A DNA stretch of 64,000 nt from Acidobacteriota bacterium (GTDB lineage Bacteria > Acidobacteriota > Vicinamibacteria > Vicinamibacterales > 2-12-FULL-66-21). The position numbers and the translations under genes are program-made. The notes beneath the pieces were generated by a model. That model saw nothing but the letters and a program-made list of their open reading frames with translations, had not been told where the DNA came from and searched no databases. Positions within the stretch are counted from its first letter, which is position 1, and every line of letters starts with the position of its first letter. The stretch is from NCBI GenBank assembly GCA_046734955.1, contig JBKPSH010000004.1, forward strand, positions 43,944 through 107,943, in the 5' to 3' direction. This document shows, one piece after another, positions 49,232-58,037 of the stretch.

Positions 49232-49607
49232 ACGATCGCTTGGTGAGCTCCTGGCAGAGCTCTCGCGCGAGACAAGTGTGCTCGTGCGCAAAGAGGTGGA
49301 GCTGGCAACGACGGAAATCACGGCGAAGGCCCGAACCGCCGGCACCCACGTCGCCGTCGTCGCAGCCGGTGGCGCACTTGCGCATGCGGCGCTGCTCGTT
49401 CTGCTCGCAGCGATTGTGGCGGGTCTGACACAGCTCGGCCTCGCGGCATGGCTCGCGGCAGGAATCGTCGCGATCGTCGTCGCGGTGGTTGGCTACATCC
49501 TGATCCAAATGGGCGTGAGTCGACTACGCGACACTCGCGTCGTACCCGTGCATACGGTTCAGAGCCTGAAGGAGGACGCGAAATGGACGACGCGACAGGG
49601 CGCGTAG
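49215..49607 (+). CDS. Phage holin family (Holin-X/YqjE-like) membrane protein
   Basis: ERSLGELL...LVRKEVELA, two TM helices, P..TVQSLKED. Confidence 0.85.
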   Translation: MAPKDERSLGELLAELSRETSVLVRKEVELATTEITAKARTAGTHVAVVAAGGALAHAALLVLLAAIVAGLTQLGLAAWLAAGIVAIVVAVVGYILIQMGVSRLRDTRVVPVHTVQSLKEDAKWTTRQGA

Positions 49608-50479
49608 GACGCAAGAAAAAGACAACATCCACGACATCCACGACGGCTGCGAGTGCCGCGACCGAGCGCGAGACTGGAGATCCTACTCTTCCGCAAGAAG
49701 CGAACGAACGCGCGCGGGAGATTCGTGAAGAGATCGCGCAGACGCGGGACGACATGAGTGAAACGATCGAGGCAATTCAGGATCGATTGAAGCCCTCGAC
49801 GGTGGTTGCCAACGCGACCGAACGAGTCAAGAGCGCAACGACGGAAAAGGTGAAACAGATGGCCAATACAGCAGGAGATGCCGCCGATCGCGTGGTGCAC
49901 AACAGTTTTGTCGATACGATCCGGGACAATCCGTGGCCGGTCGCGATGATTGGCATCGGCGCGGCATGGTTGTGGATGAGAGGACGTTCCGATTCGGGCC
50001 AGTACAGCACCGGGCGATACGCCTATGGCGACGATTACACCGAACGAGATGAGTACACGACCGAGAGTGACTGGAGGGCGCGTACTGCACCAAGACGCAT
50101 GACGTATAGGTCGGACGAATATGCCGAAGACCTCCGCTACTATGACCGCTCGGACGAACGAACCTCGAATGTCGGCGAGTACGTGGACACCGTGCGTTCG
50201 ACCGCCAGGCGGACCTCGCGGCGTGCGCAAAACAGCTTCAACCGCGTGCTGCGGGAAAATCCGCTCGCGCTCGGCGCCGCGGCGACAATCGTCGGGGCCG
50301 CCATCGGCATGACGTTGCCGGAAACGGAAGTTGAGAACGAGTGGATGGGTGATGCGCGCGACAACGTCGTCGAGCGGGCGAAAGAAATGGCAGGGAATGC
50401 GGCGGAAAGTGTCGGATCCGCGGCCGAGCAGGTGAAGGACGTCGCCTCGCGCGCAGCGGACGCGACCAAGCGATCGTAA
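49583..50479 (+). CDS. DUF3618 domain protein
   Basis: EIREEIAQTRDDMSETIEAIQDRLKP; repeated NP-hydrophobic segments; LPETEVENEWMG. Confidence 0.8.
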   Translation: MDDATGRVGRKKKTTSTTSTTAASAATERETGDPTLPQEANERAREIREEIAQTRDDMSETIEAIQDRLKPSTVVANATERVKSATTEKVKQMANTAGDAADRVVHNSFVDTIRDNPWPVAMIGIGAAWLWMRGRSDSGQYSTGRYAYGDDYTERDEYTTESDWRARTAPRRMTYRSDEYAEDLRYYDRSDERTSNVGEYVDTVRSTARRTSRRAQNSFNRVLRENPLALGAAATIVGAAIGMTLPETEVENEWMGDARDNVVERAKEMAGNAAESVGSAAEQVKDVASRAADATKRS

Positions 50480-50494
50480 GCAGTTCTCGGCTTG

Positions 50495-50525
50495 GGCCCG
50501 GCGTCCCCCAACGTCGGGCCTTTTT
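50495..50525 (+). terminator. Rho-independent terminator
   Basis: ggcccggcgt-loop-acgtcgggcc followed by TTTTT. Confidence 0.75.
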
Positions 50526-50576
50526 GCTCCTTCTTTTTGCTCTTCCCTTTTGCCTTTTCCCTTTGCCTTTTACCTT
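50521..50576. repeat. 7-bp array (TTT[G/C]CCT)n
   Basis: Directly visible. Confidence 0.8.
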
Positions 50577-50597
50577 CGACAATGATCAAAGGCAAAG

Positions 50598-51572
50598 ATG
50601 GTTCCTCTCTCCATCCTCGATCTCTCCCCCATCACTGATGGCAGCACGGCGGCGGTCTCGTTTCGCCATTCGCTCGAACTGGCGCAGCGCGCCGAACGCT
50701 GGGGTTACAGGCGCTACTGGATTGCCGAACACCACAACATGCCGGGCATCGCCAGTGCGGCCACCAGCATCGTCATGGCACACATTGCCGGTGGAACGAA
50801 AACCATTCGCGTCGGCGCCGGCGGCATCATGTTGCCGAACCATGCGCCACTGGTCGTCGCCGAGCAGTTCGGAACGCTTGAATCGCTGTTTCCCGGCCGC
50901 ATCGATCTCGGGCTCGGACGCGCACCCGGCGGCGACCACGCGACGGCGCGCGCCCTACGCCGCACCCTGCACAGCGACCCGGATGCTTTTCCACACGACG
51001 TCCTCGAACTGCTGTCCTACTTCCATCCAGAAGATGGTCAGCTCGTTCGTGCCGTTCCTGGGAACGGGCTGAACATTCCAATCTGGATTCTCGGGTCGAG
51101 TCTTTTCGGCGCACAGGTCGCGGCCATGATGGGGTTCCCGTTCGCGTTTGCCTCGCACTTCGCGGCGGCGCAGATGATGCCCGCGATCGCGATTTACCGC
51201 GACCGCTTTCAGTCGTCGGGGATGACCGACAAGCCGCGGGTGATGCTGGGCGTCAACGTCGTCGCCGCAGACACCGACGACGAGGCGAAGTTTCTCGCCA
51301 CCTCCGGTCGGCAGGCGTTCGCCAGTCTGCGTCGCGGGATGCCGACGACGCTGCCGCCGCCGAACAAGGAATTTGAAAAGGAAGTCGTGCCCTTCAGAGG
51401 CATTCAACTGGAGGAAGTGCAATCGGTGTCGATGGTGGGATCACCCGACACCGTGCGCGCCGATCTCAACGACTTCGTCGAACGCACGCAGGCGGATGAA
51501 CTGATCGTCGTTTCGCACATCTACGATCATCAGGCCCGACTTCGGTCGTACGAGCTTCTGGCAAAGTTGTAG
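50598..51572 (+). CDS. LLM-class flavin-dependent oxidoreductase (YhbW-like)
   Basis: [36 protein letters not shown]. Confidence 0.93.
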   Translation: MVPLSILDLSPITDGSTAAVSFRHSLELAQRAERWGYRRYWIAEHHNMPGIASAATSIVMAHIAGGTKTIRVGAGGIMLPNHAPLVVAEQFGTLESLFPGRIDLGLGRAPGGDHATARALRRTLHSDPDAFPHDVLELLSYFHPEDGQLVRAVPGNGLNIPIWILGSSLFGAQVAAMMGFPFAFASHFAAAQMMPAIAIYRDRFQSSGMTDKPRVMLGVNVVAADTDDEAKFLATSGRQAFASLRRGMPTTLPPPNKEFEKEVVPFRGIQLEEVQSVSMVGSPDTVRADLNDFVERTQADELIVVSHIYDHQARLRSYELLAKL

Positions 51573-51615
51573 ATCCTGCCAGCATTCAGACTTGGGAAGG
51601 AGTGGACGCGATGCG

Positions 51616-51667
51616 GCGTGGGCGGCTCATCCAATGGAATTCACCGCCCACGCAATTCTTTCCCTTT
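51616..51667. terminator. Hairpin terminator between convergent genes
   Basis: gcgtgggcgg...ccgcccacgc followed by a T-rich tract. Confidence 0.65.
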
Positions 51668-52834
51668 TTATCGTCGCACCGAGACCGTGACTTTGTATTC
51701 TCCAGTGTTGTCCTGGAGATAGTCGTCGTTGACGCTCAGATACAACCGTCCCGTGCTTGACGGATTGACTCGACCGCTATCGCCCATGAAAATCGGGCCA
51801 CCGCTGCCGATTCGACCTATCAGTGCACCTGCCGGCCGGTCGGGGAAGGGCGCGTTGTCGGCGTGTCGCCCCGTCCATGCACCGGAGGGGCTGGCGCTGT
51901 CGTTGCCGTTGTTCGACATACGGATCGTCCCGTTCGCGCGGAAATCGATGACGTCGCCGCTTCGCACGTCAATGCCGGTGTCAAACCATCGCTGGTTCGA
52001 CGGCAGCAGCACTTCGACTTCATTTGATCCGCTCGTGCCCACGGCGGTATTGCCGGTGTCTGCCGAGGCCAGTTCAGCGCGGCTCAAGACGCCGTCGCCG
52101 TTCCGATCGTACCGGTCGAAGCTTCGTCGCGACCATTGCCACTCGTCTCGCGTCACCCGCCCATCGGCGTTGACGTCGAGATTCCGGAACTGATCCGACT
52201 CTCGCGTCGTCTCTTCGCCGACAACTTCACGCCGGCTCAAGACGCCGTCCTTGTTGCGATCGAGCCAGCGGAACGCATCGGCGCTGCTGTGCCATTCAGA
52301 TTGTTCGATGCGTCCATCGTTGTTGGCGTCGAGATACTCGAACCGATCCTCGAGATCCATGTCGGTGTCGCCATTTACGAACTCGGCGCGCGACAACACG
52401 TCGTCGCCGTTGCGATCGGCGCGACGAAACGCCTCGGAGTCATATCGCCATTCGCCGCGGGTGATCCGGCCATCGCCATTCGCGTCAACTCGATTGAATC
52501 CCGCTTGCGTCCAATCGTAGAACGCCGGCCGCCGCGACGGCGTATAGTCCTCGTCATTGTTCGGTGTGCGCACAGCGCCAACCCGCACTTCTTCACCGGA
52601 GAGAACGTTATCGCCGTTCCAGTCGTGGGCACGGAACGATGCGTCGCTGCCACGCCATTCACGCCTGGTGATCACGCCGTCATGATTTCGATCCAATCCC
52701 TGAAATCGCATCGTCTCTCGAGATTGCGAATTCCGCCGCTGCCCCTGATCGTCGTCGTTTTGAGCGCGGGCGACGGGCGCCGCAACCAGCGGCAACGCAA
52801 TCGCGAGCGCCGTCACAAATGCTCGAGGTCGCAT
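51668..52834 (-). CDS. Secreted protein with eight EF-hands and a C-terminal LecA/PA-IL-like beta domain
   Basis: Eight DxNxD(G/N/D)xxxxxE loops; WFDTGI...GALIGRIG...VNDD..DNTG. Confidence 0.8.
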   Translation of the reverse strand: MRPRAFVTALAIALPLVAAPVARAQNDDDQGQRRNSQSRETMRFQGLDRNHDGVITRREWRGSDASFRAHDWNGDNVLSGEEVRVGAVRTPNNDEDYTPSRRPAFYDWTQAGFNRVDANGDGRITRGEWRYDSEAFRRADRNGDDVLSRAEFVNGDTDMDLEDRFEYLDANNDGRIEQSEWHSSADAFRWLDRNKDGVLSRREVVGEETTRESDQFRNLDVNADGRVTRDEWQWSRRSFDRYDRNGDGVLSRAELASADTGNTAVGTSGSNEVEVLLPSNQRWFDTGIDVRSGDVIDFRANGTIRMSNNGNDSASPSGAWTGRHADNAPFPDRPAGALIGRIGSGGPIFMGDSGRVNPSSTGRLYLSVNDDYLQDNTGEYKVTVSVRR

Positions 52835-52959
52835 GTTTGCCCTCCTGGGATCTCGATTGGCAGGAAGCGTACCCATCTGCCTCAACGGGAAAAGGCTGCG
52901 AAAACTTTTAATTCATCGTCTGATTGCAAATTGCCCGGCCACCCGCACATGATACGCAC

Positions 52960-54015
52960 ATGTCAAAGCAACTTTTGCTGTGCGTCCTGTTGGCGGCAGC
53001 GACGTCGGTGGGCGTCGCATCACGGGTTTTCGTGCCGGATACCGGGCGTGTGGTAGTTTCGAATCACCCGGGCGATCAGCGAGTGGACATCTCGATCGAC
53101 GGTCAACCATTCACGTCGTACATCTATCCAAAATCGCTCGAAAAGCCGGTGCTGTATCCCATTCGCAGCGCGGCCGGGCTCATCGTGACTCGTGGCTACC
53201 CGCTCGAACCGCGGCCCGGCGAACGCGCCGATCACCCGCACCACATCGGACACTGGTTCAATTACGGCGACGTGAACGGCTACGACTTCTGGGGCAACTC
53301 CAGCGAGACACCCGCAAACCTGAAGGCGAAGACCGGCGTAATCGTCCAGAAGGCGATTGCCCGCGCCGCAGGTGGCGACAAATCCGGGGAGCTGTCGATC
53401 ACTGCTGATTGGGTGATACCGGATGGATCGGTGCTCCTTCGGGAGCAGACGCGATTCAACTTTGCTGGTGCCCCAGGTATTCGAACCATCGATCGGACGA
53501 CGACGTGGACCGCGGCGGACAAGCCGATCACGTTCAACGACACCAAGGAAGGTGCATTCGGTATTCGTGTGGCGCGATCGCTGGATTCTCCCGTGCAGCA
53601 GCGCGATGCGTTTGTCGGCGCGGACGGCAAACGTACGTCACCGAAGCCGGATGACAACGTTGGTGTCACCGGACACTACATCGGCAGCGATGGCAAGACG
53701 GGCGACGACGTGTGGGGGACGACCGGTCCGTGGATGGCGCTGACAGGCACGGTGGATGGCAAGCCGGTGACGATTGCAATCTTCAATCATCCATCAAGCA
53801 CCAATTATCCGACTTACTGGCACGCACGCGGCTACGGTCTGTTCGCCGCGAACCCCATCGGCCGTCACGCATACGATCCGAAACAGCCCGAGCGAGTATT
53901 GACCCTCGAGCCTGGCAAATCGGCGACTTTCCGTTTCAGAATCCTGATCCGCGACGCACAACTCGGACGCGACGAGTTGCAGCAGGAGCAGGCGCGGTTT
54001 GAAAAGGAAAAATAA
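52960..54015 (+). CDS. DUF6807 ('PmoA family') secreted protein
   Basis: KPVLYP, TRGYP, DHPHH, DTKEG, WHARGYGLFAANP. Confidence 0.8.
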   Translation: MSKQLLLCVLLAAATSVGVASRVFVPDTGRVVVSNHPGDQRVDISIDGQPFTSYIYPKSLEKPVLYPIRSAAGLIVTRGYPLEPRPGERADHPHHIGHWFNYGDVNGYDFWGNSSETPANLKAKTGVIVQKAIARAAGGDKSGELSITADWVIPDGSVLLREQTRFNFAGAPGIRTIDRTTTWTAADKPITFNDTKEGAFGIRVARSLDSPVQQRDAFVGADGKRTSPKPDDNVGVTGHYIGSDGKTGDDVWGTTGPWMALTGTVDGKPVTIAIFNHPSSTNYPTYWHARGYGLFAANPIGRHAYDPKQPERVLTLEPGKSATFRFRILIRDAQLGRDELQQEQARFEKEK

Positions 54016-55879
54016 TGTAGCTTCCGCCTTCAGGCGGACGGCCACGCTGATCCGCTCGCTTCTGATATCGGCCGGCGCTCTCGCGCCGGCCGTCCACCTC
54101 TCGGCACAATCCTGTCCGGCGCTCCAGGTTCGCAATCCGTCGGGCAACTACATTGTTCCCGGTGTCAAAGGCGACATCCCGTATTCAGGCAATCTCGCGC
54201 TCGACGCATATGTGCAGCCGGGATCAGCGCGCCCTCCGTCGATCATCGTCATTCATGGCGGTGGGTGGACATCGGGCAGCCGGATCGCACACGTTGGACA
54301 GCTTCTCGAGTTCCTGACGAGCGCCGGCTATAACTGGTTCTCGCTCGACTACCGTCTCGGCGGGCTCGCGCGCTACGAGGACTCACTCGCGGACGTCCGC
54401 GCAGCCCTGTCATTCATTCGATGTCGTTCGACGGATTTCGGTATCGACGCGAATCAGCTCGTGCTGCTCGGTGAAGACTCGGGAGCGCAGCTTGCGGCGC
54501 TGGCGGCGCGTGAGCGCTTGCCGGGCGTCATCGGCGCCGTGCTGCTCGGTGGCTTCTACGATCCGAACGGTGCGAGCGGCTCCTCGCCACCTGATGCGAT
54601 TTCGGTACCACTGCTCGTCATTCATGGCGGGGCGGACAATGAATCGCCAACGCCGCGGGCGCAGAGCTATTGCGATCGCGTCGTCACAGGGGGTGGCCAG
54701 TGCCAGCTGGTCACGGTCGCTGGCGCGAGCCATCGGAGTGAAAACTGGTGGCCAAACCAGTGGCACTACAAGGGGACGTTGGCGCAGTGGCTCGGCAAAC
54801 TCGGCAGCCTCCCTGCGCTGCCATATCGTCCGCTGACCGGTGTCATTCAGAAGAATCTCAGGTACCGCACATCGCCAGCGCTTGCGCTGGACGCATATGT
54901 CCCTCGTACGAGTACGTCGGTTCCCGCAGTGATTGTCGCGCACGGCGGCGGATGGGAGGCCGGCGACAAAGTCACCTACATTACGCCGATGCTCGAGCCT
55001 CTCGCTCGCGCCGGGTTCGCCTGGTTTTCCATCGATTATCGACTGACGCCCGCCTTCACGCACGAGGATCAGTTGCAGGATCTGCGCGAGGCGCTTCGAT
55101 TCATCCGCGTGAACCACAGGCGATTCAACGTCGATCCGGAGAAGATTTTTCTGCTTGGCGAGTCGGCCAGCGCGCAGATGGTGTCGCTGCTCGCGACCGA
55201 AGATCGATCGCTTGCCGGCGTGGTGTCGTTCTACGGCGTCTACGATTTCAACGCGATGGTAACCGATGCATCTCCCCGATCGCTCCTGGTGCGTTTGTTT
55301 CGTCGAACAGAGTTGAACGACGGTGCTCGCGCGGAACTGCGTCGATACTCACCGCTGGATCGCGCGCACAAGGACATGCCGCCGCTGCTCCTGGTCAACG
55401 GCACCGGAGAGCGCTTGTGGGCGCAGGCGCAGACGTTCGATCGGCGGCTGAGCGAACTTGGTGTGAGACACGACGTCATCGCGCTCGATGACGCGCCGCA
55501 CGGGATGGAGAACTGGGAAGGACATCCTGAATGGATGTTCTACAAAGAGCGCGTCATCGAATGGATTAGAGATAAGGGAAAGGGAAAAGGGAAAAGGGAA
55601 GGGAAACGACCTTTTCCCTTTCCAGAGTGGCGCGTCAATTGCTACTCCCGCGCCGAATCTAATCGATCGAATCGTCTCGTCGCGTGTGCGGCGGCCACGA
55701 TATCCGCACTGCAGCTGCACCGCACACTGAACATCCGTGTGGCGACGATCGTCGATCGATCAAACCGGCTTCCCGCTGGGGCAAGGAGCAGCCATGCAAC
55801 GTCTCAGGCTCGCTTCGTTCTCACTGTTGCTCACGTCTTCACTGATCGTGGCCGCGCCGGCCACCGCACAGACCTCTGA
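53999..55879 (+). CDS. Tandem double alpha/beta-hydrolase (HGGGW esterase type); start and 3' extension uncertain
   Basis: Two HGGGW...DYRL domains; hydrolase-like sequence ends near 55570 and the frame continues through a repeat. Confidence 0.82.
   Translation: MKRKNNVASAFRRTATLIRSLLISAGALAPAVHLSAQSCPALQVRNPSGNYIVPGVKGDIPYSGNLALDAYVQPGSARPPSIIVIHGGGWTSGSRIAHVGQLLEFLTSAGYNWFSLDYRLGGLARYEDSLADVRAALSFIRCRSTDFGIDANQLVLLGEDSGAQLAALAARERLPGVIGAVLLGGFYDPNGASGSSPPDAISVPLLVIHGGADNESPTPRAQSYCDRVVTGGGQCQLVTVAGASHRSENWWPNQWHYKGTLAQWLGKLGSLPALPYRPLTGVIQKNLRYRTSPALALDAYVPRTSTSVPAVIVAHGGGWEAGDKVTYITPMLEPLARAGFAWFSIDYRLTPAFTHEDQLQDLREALRFIRVNHRRFNVDPEKIFLLGESASAQMVSLLATEDRSLAGVVSFYGVYDFNAMVTDASPRSLLVRLFRRTELNDGARAELRRYSPLDRAHKDMPPLLLVNGTGERLWAQAQTFDRRLSELGVRHDVIALDDAPHGMENWEGHPEWMFYKERVIEWIRDKGKGKGKREGKRPFPFPEWRVNCYSRAESNRSNRLVACAAATISALQLHRTLNIRVATIVDRSNRLPAGARSSHATSQARFVLTVAHVFTDRGRAGHRTDL
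54017..54039. repeat. GTAG-type REP
   Basis: GTAG followed by the hairpin tccgcct-tc-aggcgga. Confidence 0.6.
55574..55622. repeat. (AAGGGAA)n array with a short inverted arm
   Basis: Directly visible. Confidence 0.85.
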
Positions 55880-57356
55880 CGACCTCTTCGATCCGACAGT
55901 GCTCCACGACATCCAGCTCACGATGAAGCCGGGAGACTGGGAGACGCTGCAGGCCAACTACCTCAACGATACGTACTACGCAGCGGACATGACGTGGCGA
56001 GAAGTGGTCATTCCGCAGGTCGGCGTCCGCTCGAGGGGCAGCGGCAGTCGCAACGCCCGGAAGCCCGGACTCAAAGTTGATTTCGGTCGGTACGTCGACG
56101 ATCAGACCGCGTTCGGCCTGAAATCGATCGTGCTCGCCAACGGCATTCAGGACCCGTCGATGCTGGCGCAGCGTATCGGCCTCGGAATGTTTGCGAAGAT
56201 GGAGATGCCGGCGTCGCGGGTCGTACACGCGCGGCTGTTCGTCAATCGCGAGTACGTCGGTCTCTACCAGGTCATCGAACCTGTCGACAAGACCTTTCTC
56301 GCTCGTGTCTTCGGCAAGGACGCGAATGGCAAGACGGAAAACGGCGGCTACCTGTATGAGTACCACTGGAAATCCGACTATCCATGGGACTACCTCGGAC
56401 CGGATCTCGAAATCTACGCGGAGCTGTTCGAGCCCAAGACCCACGAAAGCGACGCACCGGTTCCACTGTATGGCCCGCTTGAGACACTGTTCAGAAGATT
56501 GAATGAGTCGACTGATACGCAGTTCGAGCGGGAAGTCGGCGAGCTGCTGGACCTTCGTCAATTCGTTCGTCACATCGCCGTCGAAAACTTCATCGCCGAA
56601 CGCGACGGCTTCCTGGGTTACTGGGGACCGAATAACTTCTATCTATATCGATTCCAGGGACGAGACCTGTCACAGCTGCTCCCATGGGACAAGGATCTCA
56701 CCCTCTGGGCGAAGGACTACGACATCCTGCAGGGCGTGAACGACAACATCCTCGCGAGACGACTGCTTTCGATACCAGCGTACCTTCGGCTTTATCTCCA
56801 GACACTCAGTGACTGTGCGGACGCGGCCATGCGTCCCGAATCGGAGGGTTCATCGATTGGCTGGCTCGAGGCGGAGATGCACCGGATCACCACGCAAATA
56901 AAAGACGCGGCCCACGCCGATCGGAACACACGATTCGACATCGATCGGTACGACGAGGAAACGGGCAAGGTCCTGAAGTTTGCGCGCGAGCGCGGACCAT
57001 TCGTCGCCCGCGAAGCTCGTAGGGCCTTGGAGCATATGGACTTATTGCTTGCACAGATGCGCCTCCCTTGGCACCTTTTGCCTTCGTCCCTTCCCGTGTG
57101 CCTTTTCCCTTGTCCCTTTTCCCTTCTCGGTGATCCAGCTCACAGCGGACTCCAAGGCCGCGTACATCTGGCGTCGCGCGTCACTGAAGTTGTGATTGCT
57201 CGCCTCGATCGCCTGCAGCCATCGGTAGGACCTGTCGGGACCAAACTGCTCACGAGCCTTCGCCGCCGGCAGATATTGATCGTGCGTCGATTGAACGACT
57301 GCGATCGGCAGATTCCCGAGCTCCGCGAGATATTCATAGATGTCCACCATTACTAG
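55794..57356 (+). CDS. CotH kinase family secreted protein
   Basis: GVRSRGSGSR..KP.LKVDF, YVGLY..IE, NNFYLY, LLPWDKD; the 3' ~315 bp overlap the convergent gene. Confidence 0.85.
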   Translation: MQRLRLASFSLLLTSSLIVAAPATAQTSDDLFDPTVLHDIQLTMKPGDWETLQANYLNDTYYAADMTWREVVIPQVGVRSRGSGSRNARKPGLKVDFGRYVDDQTAFGLKSIVLANGIQDPSMLAQRIGLGMFAKMEMPASRVVHARLFVNREYVGLYQVIEPVDKTFLARVFGKDANGKTENGGYLYEYHWKSDYPWDYLGPDLEIYAELFEPKTHESDAPVPLYGPLETLFRRLNESTDTQFEREVGELLDLRQFVRHIAVENFIAERDGFLGYWGPNNFYLYRFQGRDLSQLLPWDKDLTLWAKDYDILQGVNDNILARRLLSIPAYLRLYLQTLSDCADAAMRPESEGSSIGWLEAEMHRITTQIKDAAHADRNTRFDIDRYDEETGKVLKFARERGPFVAREARRALEHMDLLLAQMRLPWHLLPSSLPVCLFPCPFSLLGDPAHSGLQGRVHLASRVTEVVIARLDRLQPSVGPVGTKLLTSLRRRQILIVRRLNDCDRQIPELREIFIDVHHY

Positions 57357-57929
57357 TGGACGCGGCTCGAGAAGCAAGTGGCGACGCCAGCGAACGTACT
57401 CTTCTTCCTGTGTCAGTGCCACAGCGACAACGCCGGCGATTGAGTCGCGCAACTGACCTGCCGCAACAACCGCGAGACCCGCACCACGTGAAACACCCAC
57501 GAGCACAACCGCGCAATGGTCGTCGAGACCAAGCGCCTGCCGCGCGCGCCTGATGATCTGCGAGTAATCCTGAGCCAAGCGCTCCGGCGTCGTCGGGGTG
57601 TCCTTCCCCAGGTGCTTGACGTAATCGCGGGCGTCAAATCCAACGATCGGATCGCCGAGTGCCGCGAGATGTCGATAGGTATCGAGATCTTTCCGATGCA
57701 TGCCGCCGTCGCCGGTCGCGTACACGAGCAGAGGCCTCGTCGACGCGGCACCAGAGTTTTCCAGATGCAAGCGAAGTGAATGGCTGTTGAGGGAGACGAA
57801 TTGATCGGGAGTAGCCGGAGGGGTATGGGCCGCGCAGCCGGAGAGTGCGAGGGCGAACAGAGTCACCGGTACAACCCATCGGCTCCTGGCTGTCGGCTGT
57901 TCGCTGCTGGCCTCGGACTCTCGCCTCAT
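57042..57929 (-). CDS. AcvB/VirJ-like alpha/beta hydrolase (lipoprotein)
   Basis: LSGC lipobox, TGDGG, GVSRG, STHD, SNHNF. Confidence 0.78.
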   Translation of the reverse strand: MRRESEASSEQPTARSRWVVPVTLFALALSGCAAHTPPATPDQFVSLNSHSLRLHLENSGAASTRPLLVYATGDGGMHRKDLDTYRHLAALGDPIVGFDARDYVKHLGKDTPTTPERLAQDYSQIIRRARQALGLDDHCAVVLVGVSRGAGLAVVAAGQLRDSIAGVVAVALTQEEEYVRWRRHLLLEPRPLVMVDIYEYLAELGNLPIAVVQSTHDQYLPAAKAREQFGPDRSYRWLQAIEASNHNFSDARRQMYAALESAVSWITEKGKGTREKAHGKGRRQKVPREAHLCKQ

Positions 57930-58037
57930 GATTCGGGATTCGAAGATTCGGGATTCAGCGATTCGGGATTCACAGTTCGGGATTCAGCGATTCGAAAATT
58001 AGTGATTCACGATCAGTGATGAGTGATTAGCGATTCG
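57881..58037. repeat. Mixed 7/8-bp arrays (GGGATTC, AGCGATTC, AGTGAT[T/G], GGCTGT)
   Basis: Spans the mprF 3' end, the intergenic gap and the downstream gene's 5' end. Confidence 0.85.

Noticed and set aside
49215-49607. Holin as evidence of a prophage
   Set aside because: Holin-X/YqjE-like family in a stress-type operon; no phage genes nearby.
52960-54015. 'PmoA' as methane monooxygenase
   Set aside because: It is a soluble secreted DUF6807-type sequence, not the multi-TM pMMO subunit; no pmoB/pmoC.
55794-57356. CotH as evidence of sporulation
   Set aside because: CotH-like kinases are widespread in non-sporulating bacteria; no other spore genes are present.
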